Shown: one piece after another, positions 14,738-33,683 of the stretch
Numbering within the stretch: the first letter of the stretch is position 1
Layout: each line of letters opens with the position of its first letter
Assembly (NCBI RefSeq): GCF_009914755.1
Contig: NC_060935.1
DNA: 64,000 bases
Direction: 5' to 3' (one strand)
From: the human T2T-CHM13v2.0 reference genome, Homo sapiens
Made by a program: the position numbers and the translations under genes
Notes under the pieces: generated by a model
What the model was told of the DNA's origin: nothing
Database searches by the model: none
What the model saw: the letters and a program-made list of their open reading frames with translations, nothing else

Positions 14738-15784
14738 TAACTTTCATTCCAGTTACTCTCTTCTCTCTTTAGGCAGATATTTCTAAAGGTAACCTCTCAT
14801 CAGAAAGTTAGCAATATCTCAGTAAACTGTCTTGAAGGAAGTATTGTATTTGTAGTCATAAAAAGCACCTTAGGGATATTCTTAGTACAATGGATTGCCT
14901 ATTATTCACTTATTATTGTTGAACATGTCATGGTGACAGAAAAGGAAAGGAAAACAAATATGGTTTTTTTCCCTTCAAGTCAGGAAAAGGGGAAATAACC
15001 CACTGATTTTAGAGAATACCTATTACTTACTAGTTCCAGAGGCTGTATTAAATCATAACAACATTGTTAATTAGACCTTATCGCTCACCTTTGAAAAGGA
15101 ATCTGAGATTCAGCAAAAATAAGTAGCTGGCTTAACGTTAACTAACTAACATTAGCGCTGAGTCTCAATGCCAAATGTGCCTCACTCCCAAGCTTATGCT
15201 CTGTCTACTATATTATGCTTCCTCTCTTGTGGAATATCTAGTGTAGTTATAGAGATAAGGCCTGCAAGAAAAGGTAAACAATACAGAGGCAGTATTGGGC
15301 AAAGTTTCAAATTGAGTGATACAAATCATAGGGCAAGAAGGCCTATCAGGGAGAGAAAATAAAAGAAAGGTACTTTTTCACCCTGGAATAAAGCCCGATA
15401 AAAGACAATCCTAACCCAAGAACATGCCATTCCAACCAGTTTCTGTTTTTTTTTATTGTTATCAAGGTTTCACATGTAATTTTAAAAATCAAATAGTTCT
15501 GCATGGGAAAAAAACAAAAGAGCAATCGTACATAATATACCTGCCTACCCTAAAATCCTAATATCCAAAGTAAACTTCTCAATTTTTTTAACTCATTCTT
15601 CTAGTAGTTGCCCTTGTATGGCAAAAGAAGATCATTTTGCAGTTATATATTTTTATTTTTTAGGTTGAGCTATCAATTACTGACATTCTACTTTGGCAGA
15701 TCTCACACACACACCCACACAGACAGAAAGAGAGAGGGGGAAAAAAAACTTTCTCCTACTGCTCAATAATTAAAGCATATTTTT

Positions 15785-16045
15785 TTGGTCTCATTCTGAA
15801 ATTCAAAACCTCAGAAAACAGGAAGTATTTTGATAATTTATTTAGCAGCAACATATGATCTAATTCTGCCTTTATTATTTTTAGTGTGACTATTCATTTA
15901 CTTTGCTGCAGAAATATTTAAGTGTTTGATACAGAGTGCCACCTGAGACCCTGCTGGTTTATACACTAAATTACATATGTTTAATATTTAATCTCAATTC
16001 TGAAATATTTCTGTCCATCAGAGTTTTGATTAAGAGATTTTATAT
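15785..16045. mobile_element. MER46C-like TcMar-Tigger element
   Basis: TTAGTGTGACTATTCAT...TTGCTGCAGAAATATT...TGTTTGAT...AGACCCTGCTGG core and decayed terminal repeats resemble the recalled MER46C consensus. Confidence 0.65.
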
Positions 16046-16049
16046 AAAT

Positions 16050-17780
16050 ACAATAGTCAGGGTTTATAAATTATGACTTTATAAATATTAGTCACATCTG
16101 TTTCCTGTCTTATATTCTGAACATATTTCTTTTATTATAATTGTACTTTTCTTTTCTCCCTCTGTCTCTTAGTTCCTTATGAATTTATCAGTCTTTCATT
16201 CCAACATTTTGCGTCAGAAGTTTAGATCACCTTTCAGCCAGTAAATTACTTCCGGAATTCTTTTGTTTTAATTTATTTATTATTTGTGTTAATTTTTTGT
16301 AATCATTGCAGGCTCCAACCAAGCATCATCCTGGGACTTCTCTTCATCTTGTCTTCTATTGAAGACTAAATTTTCTGCAATCTATGTTTCTCCCATTTTT
16401 GGTTTACTAGCTTATTTTGGTGAAGCACATCTTCTAGTAATTTTCTGAGGAAAAATTATGGGCAGTCCATTTTTGAGAAATTGAAGATTGAAAATTTCTT
16501 TTCTTTCCTTACATGTGATTATTTGGAATAGAATGTATAATTAAAAGTTGTTTTTCTTAAAAAAATTTTTAATCAACTTTATTTTGGTATTCCTGAAATT
16601 TTGAAGATATTGCTTCATTTTCATTCAGCTTCCAGTATTGCTACAAAATGCAATACTATTCTGACTCCCCAGTCTTTGTGTATTATCTATTTTTAAAATC
16701 AATACGGTTTTAGGATTCTGTCATTAGCCCCATTTTTATGAAGCTTCACAAGATGGTTCTTTGCTATTTGTCAATATTCATTGTTTTAAACACTCATTGA
16801 GCCCCTTAGATCTAAAAACGTACTTACCCTTCAAGTTGAGAAAATTTGCTGGCATAATTTCTTTGATAAATTTTTGATAATGTCTTTGATAAATTTTTTC
16901 TTTCTTTGTGCTGTCTCTCTGGAACTGCTGTTATTCAGATTTACACTTCCTAGTTTGAAATTCTAATTATTTGTTTTCTATGAAAACCTGGATTAATATC
17001 TTTTTTAAAATTCTACTTTTTTCTTTTACTCCTTTCCTTATATCTGGTTCTTTTCCTTTTTTTTTTTTTTTCCATGTCAGAGATGACTTACCTACATATT
17101 TGGTGGTTCTGCTCATGTTTAAGAGTGTGGAAGTGAAAAGCTGATTTTAAGCATTTTGTGCATACAGGAGTGATGTCACTTGGTGGGTTTCACTGTAGGT
17201 TGATAACGTAGTGAGCTGATATTTTCACTGGATCCTTACAAAATTTTGACATCCACAGTTCTGCTTTTACAGAATAGTTATTTTTCCCAGAGAAAGCCCT
17301 TTATAGCTGTCTATTGAGATATTTTGTGGCTACCTATTTTCTAAGACCTGAGCAAGGCAGAGGGGCTATGTATCTCACAGTTCATTGTGCTGAATTTCAC
17401 TGTTTTTACTTTTTTTTTTTTCAATATGTTGTCATACCTCCACTGTGTCTGGTGCCCCTGGATTCACAGCTTTGTGGTATAATTTCTGCAGAAAACAAAC
17501 TCTTCAGCTGCTTCCAGGGTATAGCATGGAGTGAAAGAATACCTGGATACAGATGGGAGAAAGGCTCCAAAAATTCAAGTGCTCCTTATGCAGATTTGTA
17601 TCTAATCCTCTTGTTTTCAACTCCAACTCAAACTAATACCTTCAAAAGTCCTTATTGCCTTCTTTCCTGAACTTTTGTGACCATCTGAAACAAAATTGGC
17701 TTTTGTCTTTTTGGTTTCCACTATCAGTCACCACATCACCATTTGCAAGTTTGCTAGCCTTTTTCACTCTTTTGAGTCTA
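16050..17780 (-). mobile_element. Old L1 (L1M) fragments
   Basis: T-rich with antisense ORF1-like motifs (TTTTGAAGATATTGCTTCATT...AGCTTCCAGTATTGCT; TCTCTCTGGAACTGCTGTTATTCAGAT). Boundaries approximate. Confidence 0.5.
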
Positions 17781-18069
17781 ATTCCTTTATAAATATTTTA
17801 TCAGGTTTTCAGGAAGGAGCAGTGATAAAGAGTATATTCAATAATCATGTTCAACTGGAATATTGCTAGTTACATATTTAAGTATATATTTATTTGTTTG
17901 ATGTTGATCTTTGTATGAAAGTTCTAGGACAGAGACCATATCTTCTTCCTTGCCTTTCTACCTCATATGTTGAGCAGTTTCTTAAATAAGTGAAATGATT
18001 TGTAAAGACTTTCTGCTGAGCATGTGACACCTCTAACAGCGTCTAATCTTTCCTTTATATTTCCTCTAG

Positions 18070-18291
<222 letters not shown>

Positions 18292-21200
18292 TCAGTATAG
18301 TGAGGAAGCAGCAGGTGATCTGCCTTACTTCACTTTATCCTCTGGTTTTAGGGCCAGACGCCAGAAGCCATGTGTCAATTTTACCCTTTCTTTTTTTTTT
18401 TTTCTTTTTTTTTTTAAACTCAAAGTTTTTATACACTTTTATAGAGGCCAACTTTGTGATGTTGGAAATGTACTACTTCTCTGCTTCATTGACTGGGCCC
18501 TCTCCAGATGTTGTTTTCTGAGGTGCTGTAAATGACTGTTGAAAGTGCAGGTAGAATCAGAATACTGGGAAATTATGGAGTCTTGCAGTTTAGTAAGAAA
18601 CACTGGCCTTGGGCTGTCCCATCACTTTCCAGTGCATCTATTTATTTTTGTGGTCTTCTCTTGGGTTATTTGATACCTCCTTCCCCATTAAGAAAAATGT
18701 TGGGGCAAAAAGAAATGGATCAAAGAGACTGACTGAGCCCTATATATCCTATCATTTTAAAATATGCAAATGAATTGCCAAGATCAGATGACATAAGAAA
18801 ACTCACACATTAAGGTGTTAATGTATCATAGCAGAGGTTTATTCCTAACACATTCAACTACCATCAGAATCCCAGATAGTTCTTCCTGGTAAAGGCAGAA
18901 TTCCTTTTCTCGAGACTGAAATTTTGGGTTTCAACATAAAACAACTTGGTTCTTAGAGATAATAATTTGGTTATAATAGTTTCAAGACTGATCTTATCTG
19001 GAAAGCAACATTATGAAGCTGTTAGATTGCTTCAGGTTCTCAAGCAAAGACACAATACAGAAGTAAATGTGTTTTCTTAGTAGTTAATGGATGCAGGACA
19101 ATGTATATTGATTAATTTGTTGATTTTAATTTAGAAAATTGTTAAATTATTTCTTAAAAATCACTTTTCTTCTGGAATGCCAATTTCACATCATGAAGCC
19201 TTTTTGTATAAGTTAGATACGAGTTGTTTATGATAAACATTTCTTTGCTTTAAAATAATTGCAAATATTTTAATAAGTTTACAACCTTTTCTATTGATGT
19301 ATCATCTTATACAATGCTCAGTGCCTTGTTCCAATACCTCTGACACACAAGAAGTCATGTTGTTAGCTAGTGATTTGATGTGATGTAACATCTTAAATGT
19401 AAGCTTGTCTTAATGAAATTGTCAGTGTAATAACAACTACAGTCTTGAAAACCAAAAGTGAATCAACCAACTAAGAATGAGTTCATGGACTTAATAATCT
19501 AAGGGGGAAAAAATGTTTGTTGAATTATTCCTCTCAAATTTAGGCTTGTGTTACATGCACAAAAATCCTTGTTCTGTTTTCACTTAAAAAAACTAAATAT
19601 GTATAACTTTGTGTATACACACACACACATCTATATATATAATTATTAGCACTAGAGGGATATAGTCCAGTTATGTAGTATTTAAATCTCCAGTTTCAAA
19701 TTATAATTCACCTCCAAAAGAATAGTTTTTTAATCACACACATAAGAAATTTTATCACAATATTTAAAACTAATATTTCATTATCTAATGCTAATAAATT
19801 ATTGTGGTACTGCCAGTATTAAATATATGGCAGATGGTATTAACTACTGATCAATAGTAAGCATACAGAACTGGGGATTATGGATTTTATAAACTATGAG
19901 ACAGTCACCCCAGTTTGGACTGGGACTAATCCCCAGTACTGATTTGTCATCCACTGAGTAGACTTTATGAATATTTTGGGTAATTTGAAATGATCTCATT
20001 ATTGAAAGATGATTTCATATGTAGAGAAGATAATATTTCTTTCTTGAAAAAACAAGTCAGGCTTACCATGATGTGTGCAACCAATGTAGGATCTTTGGCT
20101 TGTCAAATCAGATTCTCCATTGCTATAGTGTACAGTGCACACAGCTCATATTGCTTCCTTCCTGGGTGCTGATAAAAATAAGAAAGAGCATGGAAATTGG
20201 TTTCTTGAATATAAGCTTTAATTTTTAAGGCTTAAAAGTATTCATAGAGGTAGACTGTATGATAAATAAAAACAAATTTAATTCACAAAGTTATCTGTAC
20301 ACTGCAGTTTTAAAATATACCAACTAAATTATTGGGTTTCTGGAAGTGAATGGAGAAAACAGCAAGGGAAGAAATCGTTTTTAAGATAAGTAAATAATTC
20401 CCATGGATTGATAAATATTTTCCTTTTAAAATGTTATGGACTGATATTTTTTATTCACCTTTAAATTTCTTATCAAGAAGTTTATCTTTGTTTTTCAGAT
20501 TTAAAAATGAAATACAGGTATTCGTCACTTTCCTGAAACCATGCTAACCAAAATCAGTAGCCAAACCAATTCAGATAGATGTGTCTCATCTAATTAAACC
20601 CATTGGTTTTTATGGGAGGGCTGCATTAAGAGCACCCAACCACCACATGTAAGTTGATAATTACCAGCATGGCAGGTGATTTTATCTGCTGACCAAGCGC
20701 ATAGTTTTGTTTTGTTTTCAGAATGTTCTAGGGAACATTTGAGATTTTATGTGAAATAAAATTTTAAGTGCCAAAGCCAAAAAAATACTTAACTCTTTTC
20801 AAAGGCCCTCTTTCATCCTTGCCTTCGTCAACTTTCCTTTGCACACAGGAAGCAAAATCTACTTCAAGACATTTATTTTAGAGGAATCCATTAAGAAAGG
20901 ATTGTTTTACTTAAATGAAATGCTGTCTTATTTTTGCTGTGTCTTTTGACACCTCTTAGCTTTAACATTCTTCTTTTAACCAAGCCATTATGCAAAGTTA
21001 TCAAAGAAGAGGAGAAGGAAAGGAGGACAGATGAAAGTGACGGGAAATGAGAAAGAAGAGGAGTGAGGAAACAGTTATTTCCTTATGAATCCTGTGTGTT
21101 TCTTTGGAAGAAAGAGCTGTTCCGAGGAAGTTTGGTCCAGCTGTGGTTGATAAGAGGTATATCTCTTAAAAAAGACACCTAATGAAAGTGAGAGAAAAGC

Positions 21201-21890
21201 TAAAGAAAATTTCAATGTGACCACTATTATGTGTCAAAATAAAACTTAGATTCCAAAGTGGTTTTGTAGTGTTGGGTGCTATGAGTAGGTATGGATCTCT
21301 GTTGATTGACTCCAGTTGAAGGTGAGAAATCTGTACCAATCATTCAAAAAGGGAATCTATTGTTTTGAAAGAAACTCTCTCATATTTCCTTTAAATTGTT
21401 AATAGTTGTTATGCAACTAAAGAATGTTATGAAGAAAAATAGCACTGCAAAAAGTACCATTGGCCAGCCTTACAAGTCAGCCACAATGAGTCGGTATAAC
21501 TACTGTGTTATTCTTTTTCTAGACAAATTTTGACTCTTCTACTTTTATGTGTAATAATTCCAGTATTCTATTTATTTCAGCATTATGTGAAAAATGATAA
21601 GAATGTTAAAAAGAAAATAATAGTGTGGTTTAATTGGTATGAGATACCTGCTTCCTCCTCCTCAAAGGTTTGACTGGGTGTATCTCTCCTATGTGTGACA
21701 TTATGTCTCCTGGTGTTAACACAGGAAATGAGTGCTCCTTTTTAAAATTTCTTTCTTCCAAGTTTTTTTTTCCAGGAAGAGAAATATGCAGTTATGCAGG
21801 AAAAGCTCTCTTAAATAATGTGTACATAAATCTCAAGAGAATCAAATTCACAGAGTGAATAAAGTAATAATATTAAACTACATTTTGACA
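18292..21890 (+). other. ANO5: ANO5 3' UTR (approximate end)
   Basis: AT-rich, with no recognisable interspersed repeat, continuing from the stop codon. Ends at AATAAA/ATTAAA signals followed by a T/GT-rich tract. The end position is inferred. Confidence 0.7.
21858..21877 (+). terminator. ANO5: Probable distal polyadenylation signals (AATAAA 21858-21863, ATTAAA 21872-21877)
   Basis: Canonical hexamers with an upstream TGTA at 21821 and T-rich downstream sequence; last signals before the repeat-rich region. Confidence 0.65.
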
Positions 21891-22199
21891 TGAACTCAAT
21901 TTATTCTTCCAGTAAAATGTTGACTTTTTGGAGTGTAAGTACTCCTTTTTTAGTCATATTTGTTGTTTAGAAACATGAAAGTGTATATATATATAACGTG
22001 TTTAGCTCATGAAATTACATATTTTTGCACATTTAGATGTTTGCATATTAACGATGTAAATTCCTTGAAGTAAGAAGCTGGATAATCCAGAAAAATTTGA
22101 GAAGGTGGTAGTTTTTGTTGTTTTGTCTCTGTATTTTTACTACTTTGGAAGATAAGCATGAACAGAAAGGCCCCCAAAAAGAAAAATTGCATGTTGAAA

Positions 22200-22892
22200 T
22201 GTTACAGGTAGATAGGCAATGAGCGGGGCAGGAGAGGGCTCCCGACACACTTACAAGGAATGTAGGGGATGGTTCCACGATTATCACACTGCTTCTCTAA
22301 AAATGATAATTCTGCAGCCAGGGAGAGGCAACCTCCTGAAGATCCACACCTGTTAACATTAAACGTGTTACTTGAATGCAGGCCCCAGGGAGAAGCAACT
22401 TCCTGGGCATGCATGTTAAGAGACAAAAATGGCGAAGTATGATCTTCCAGGCACGCTCCACCTGAAAAAGGAAGAAAGCCTCAGGTGGGCGTGTGTATAA
22501 TTCCCTAAACACACTGCACATGTTTAATTCCAAAGGGTAAGGAGAGCACTGCAGATGCAGAAAGCCCACACTAAGGGAAGAATCATGGGAAAGCGGCAAG
22601 CTGATAAAGTCCCAGGATCGTGGTTAAATGCCTCTTTTTTCTCCCTTGGAGATTCAGGTGCCCACTTAGGTCTCCTCCCAGTGAATTTTCCTTTTTTTTT
22701 TTTTTTTTTCTATTCTAAAGCCTTTTAAAATAAACTCCCACTACTGCCCCCAAATGCCTTGGTCTCTTGTTCTGCTTTATGCCCCTCAATTGAATTCTTT
22801 CTTCTGAGGAGGCAAGGACTGAATTTACTGTGGACCCATACGGATTCGCCTCTGGTCACTCAAGGTAACTTGGATGTCTGCCACTGCTAACA
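22200..22892 (+). mobile_element. ERV1 solo LTR (MER50-like), 693 bp
   Basis: TGTTA...TAACA termini with a perfect 4-bp TSD GAAA (22196-22199 / 22893-22896); internal AATAAA near 22729; ATGAGCGGGGCAGGAGAGGGC start. Subfamily name from memory. Confidence 0.8.
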
Positions 22893-22929
22893 GAAATAGC
22901 TCCCATATATTTTTTCTAGTCTCATGTTT

Positions 22930-23070
22930 TTCAAAAAGAAGTCCCCAACCTTGTTCATCAGAATTATCTGGACTGCTTGTTAGAAATGCATATCCCTAGG
23001 TCTTATCCCAGATCTCTAGAAACAGAGTCTTTGGAAGAGATGCTTTAAAAAATCTCTCCAGGTGTGTTTT
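22930..23070. mobile_element. MER5A-like fragment
   Basis: CATCAGAATTATCTGG...GCTTGTTAGAAATGCATATCCCTAGG...CCCAGA. Confidence 0.6.
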
Positions 23071-24203
23071 GGGGGATGGGGGTGGGGGAGCAATAACAAT
23101 GATGAGAATTTCAGAAGATGCCAAATTCCCTAGCCCAAAGTATTTCTATAATGACTCTTAAACATTAATTTATTGTTCCAGCCCATTAAAGAAGTATATT
23201 AAGACATGTAGTCAGGGTTTCCAAATTTGTAGAACTGTTCCAATTCTCTTGTATACGGAAGTAGTTAAAATCCTACAGCCTAAGAGCTCTAGCCCTTTAG
23301 TTTCTACTTATTTAAAAAAAAAGGAAGACGTAGAAGAGGAGCCAAGATGGCCGAATAGGAACAGCTCCCGTCTACAGCTCCCAGCGTGAGCTACGCAGAA
23401 GACGGGTGATTTCTGCATTTCCATCTGAGGTACCGGGTTCATCTCACTAGGGAGTGCCAGACAGTGGGCGCAGGTCAGTGGGTGTGTGCACCGTGCGCGA
23501 GCGGAAGCAGGGCGAGGCATTGCCTCACTTGGGAAGCGCAAGGGGTCAGGGAGTTCCCTTTCCGAGTCAAAGAAAGGGGTGACAGACACACCTGGAAAAT
23601 CGGGTCACTCCCACGCGAATATTGCGCTTTTCGAAGCGGCTTACAAAACGGCGCACCACGAGATTATATCCCACACCTGGCTCGGAGGGTGCTACGCCCA
23701 GGGAGCCTCGCTGATTGCTAGCACAGCAGTCTGAGATCAAACTGCAAGGCGGCAGCCAGGCTGGGGGAGGGGCGCCGGCCAGGAAGCTAGAACTGGGTGG
23801 GGCCCACCACAGCTCAAGGAGGCCTGCCTGCCTCTGTAGGCTCCATCTCTGGGGGCAGGGCACAGACAAACAAAAAGACAGCAGTAACCTCTGCAGACTT
23901 AAATGTCCCTGTCTGACAGCTTTGAAGAGAGCAGTGGTTCTGCCAGTACACAGCTGGAGATCTGAGAACGGGCAGACTGCCTCCTCAAGTGGGTCCCTGA
24001 CCCCTGACCCCCAAGCAGCCTAACTGGGAGGCACCCCCCAGCAGGGGCACACTGACACCTCACACGGCAGGGTATTCCAACAGACCTGGAGCTGAGGGTC
24101 CTGTCTGTTAGAAGGAAAACTAACAAACAGAAAGGACATCCACACCAAAAACCCATCTGTACATCACCATCATCAAAGACCAAAAGTAGATAAAACCACA
24201 AAG

Positions 24204-25217
24204 ATGGGGAAAAAACAGAACAGAAAAACTGGAAACTCAAACGCAGAGTGCCTCTCCTCCTCCAAAGGAACGCAGTTCCTCACCAGCAACGGAACAAAGC
24301 TGGATGGAGAATGACTTTGACGAGCTGAGAGAAGAAGGCTTCAGACGATCAAATTACTCCGAGCTATGGGAGGAAATTCAAACCAAAGGCAAAGAAGTTG
24401 AAAACTTTGAAAAAATTTAGGCGAATGTATAACTAGAATAACCAATACAGAGAAGTGCTTAAAGGAGCTGATGGAGCTGAAAACCAAGGCTCGAGAACTA
24501 CGTGAAGAATGCAGAAGCCTCAGGAGCCAATGCGATCAACTGGAAGAAAGGGTATCAGCAATGGAAGATGAAATGAATGAAATGAAGCAAGAAGGGAAGT
24601 TTAGAGAAAAAAGAATAAAAAGAAATGAGCAAAGCCTCCAAGAAATATGGGACTATGTGAAAAGACCAAACCTACATCTGATTGGTGTACCTGAAAGTGA
24701 CGGGGAGAATGGAACCAAGTTGGAAAACACTCTGCAGGATATTATCCAGGAGAACTTCCCCAATCTAGCAAGGCAGGCCAACGTTCAGATTCAGGAAATA
24801 CAGAGAACGCCACAAAGATACTCCTCGAGAAGAGCAACTCCAAGACACATAATTGTCAGATTCACCAAAGTTGAAATGAAGGAAAAAATGTTAAGGGCAG
24901 CCAGAGAGAAAGGTTGGGTTACCCTCAAAGGGAAGCCCATCAGACTAACAGCAGATCTCTCAGCAGAAACCCTACAAGCCAGAAGAGAGTGGGGGCCAAT
25001 ATTCAACATTCTTAAAGAAAAGAATTTTCAACCCAGAATTTCATATCCAGCCAAACGAAGCTTCATAAGTGAAGGAGAAATAAAATACTTTACAGACAAG
25101 CAAATGCTGAGAGATTTTGTCACCACCAGGCCTGCCCTAAAAGAGCTCCTGAAGGAAGCGCTAAACATGGAAAGGAACAACTGGTACCAGCCGCTGCAAA
25201 ATCATGCCAAAATGTAA
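24204..25217 (+). pseudogene. L1 ORF1p, disrupted
   Basis: ATGGGGAAAAAACAG start; small deletions near 24238 and 24411 with in-frame TGA stops between them; the C-terminal 248 aa are open. Confidence 0.9.
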
Positions 25218-25280
25218 AGACCATCAAGACTAGGAAGAAACTGCATCAACTAACGAGCAAAATCACCAGCTAACATCATA

Positions 25281-29095
<3,815 letters not shown>

Positions 29096-29569
29096 ACAAT
29101 GTGTTCACATGGACACAGGAAGGGGAATATCACACTCTGGGGACTGTGGTGGGGTGGGGGGAGGGGGGAGGGATAGCATTGGGAGATATACCTAATGCTA
29201 GATGACGAGTTAGTGGGTGCAGCACACCAGCATGGCACATGTATACGTATGTAACTAACCTGCACAATGTGCACAGGTACCCTAAAACTTAAAGTATAAT
29301 AAAAGAAAAAAAAGAAAAAAAAAGGAAGTAGTAAATTAATTTGCTTTTCCAATATATTTAGGAAAATAAAGGTGTAGACTGGACAGAAATTATGGTGGAT
29401 ATATCACATTCTAAGAACAAATAGAATAAATAGTTTAATGTACAAGATTTAATCAAGAAAGCAAATCTGTTAGGAATATTATGGAATAAAGGGTTGTTTA
29501 TAGAAAACAGGCCTTTTGAAATTGTGAAAGAAACTGGAAAGCAACGGTCTGGAAGAAAGATTTGGAGGG

Positions 29570-29935
29570 TAATATTGTTTGGCTGTGTCCCCACCCAAAT
29601 TTCATCTTGAAATATAGCTCCCATAATCCCCATGTGTCCTGAGAGGGACCCAGTAGGAGGTAACTGAATCATGGGGATGGGTTTTTCCCATGCTGTTCTC
29701 ATGGTAATGAATAAGTCTCACAAGATCTGATGGTTTTTTAAAGGGCAGTTCCCCTGCATATGCTCTCTTGGCTACTGCCATATAAGACATGCCTTTGCTT
29801 CTCCTTCACCTTCCACCATGATTTTGAGGCCTCCCCAGCGATGTGGAACTGTGAGTCCATTAAAACTCTTTATTTTTTAATAAATTGCCCAGTCTTGGGT
29901 ATTTCTTCACAGCAGTATAAAAATGGACTAATACA
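29570..29935 (+). mobile_element. THE1C/D-like MaLR solo LTR
   Basis: TAATATTGTTTGGCTGTGTCCCCACCCAAAT...GGACTAATACA; 5-bp TSD GAGGG/GAGAG. Confidence 0.9.
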
Positions 29936-30097
29936 GAGAGTCAGAGAAGAAGAACCATTCAGCTCTCCTGAAACACTGCCATGGGTAGAGAAGTTGAAGC
30001 TTGCAGAGATATCCATGTGATGTGCTAAAGTGAGACTAGGAAGGAAAACTAATGAAGAAGTCTATGGGGAAGTGTTACAATTGTCTAGCTATTCTTT

Positions 30098-31190
<1,093 letters not shown>

Positions 31191-31489
31191 TGTCTAGCTA
31201 TTCTTTCTATGAATCTGCAGCCAAGAATCATACACAAACTTGGAGCGCGCTGCTGGTCAGGAATAGTTGGACATGGAGTGAAAAAGAGTGAGGAGAGCAT
31301 AGAGCCCACTAGACTCCAATTTGCATGTCCTTTATCACATCTGTCCTCAAAGACCAGAAAGAAGTCTTTCTGTTGCTTCACCTCTGTTTGCTTCTTGTGC
31401 AAATCTAACCTGATACCAGATAAAGAAAAGACTTCTGGGCAGTGCAGTTCCAGCTTCACTTAGTAAGGCTACTGGCCATTTGAAGAAAA

Positions 31490-33500
<2,011 letters not shown>

Positions 33501-33579
33501 TAGAGAATTCAAGTGTGTGAAAAAAATTCACGCAGAGGGGTGACTCAGCGTGAGGTTTCAAAGGCCAAGCAGATCAAAG

Positions 33580-33683
33580 AGACTTTGTCAAAAATGGGGC
33601 ACCCCAGAGTAGGGGTCACAAAGCCCAAACAGACTTTGCCAAAAAAGGGGCACCCAGAGTAGGGGTCTCAAAGCCCAAACAGA
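33580..33683. repeat. ~50-bp imperfect tandem duplication
   Basis: AGACTTTG(T/C)CAAAAA..GGGGCACCC(C)AGAGTAGGGGTC(A/T)CAAAGCCCAAAC x2. Confidence 0.9.
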
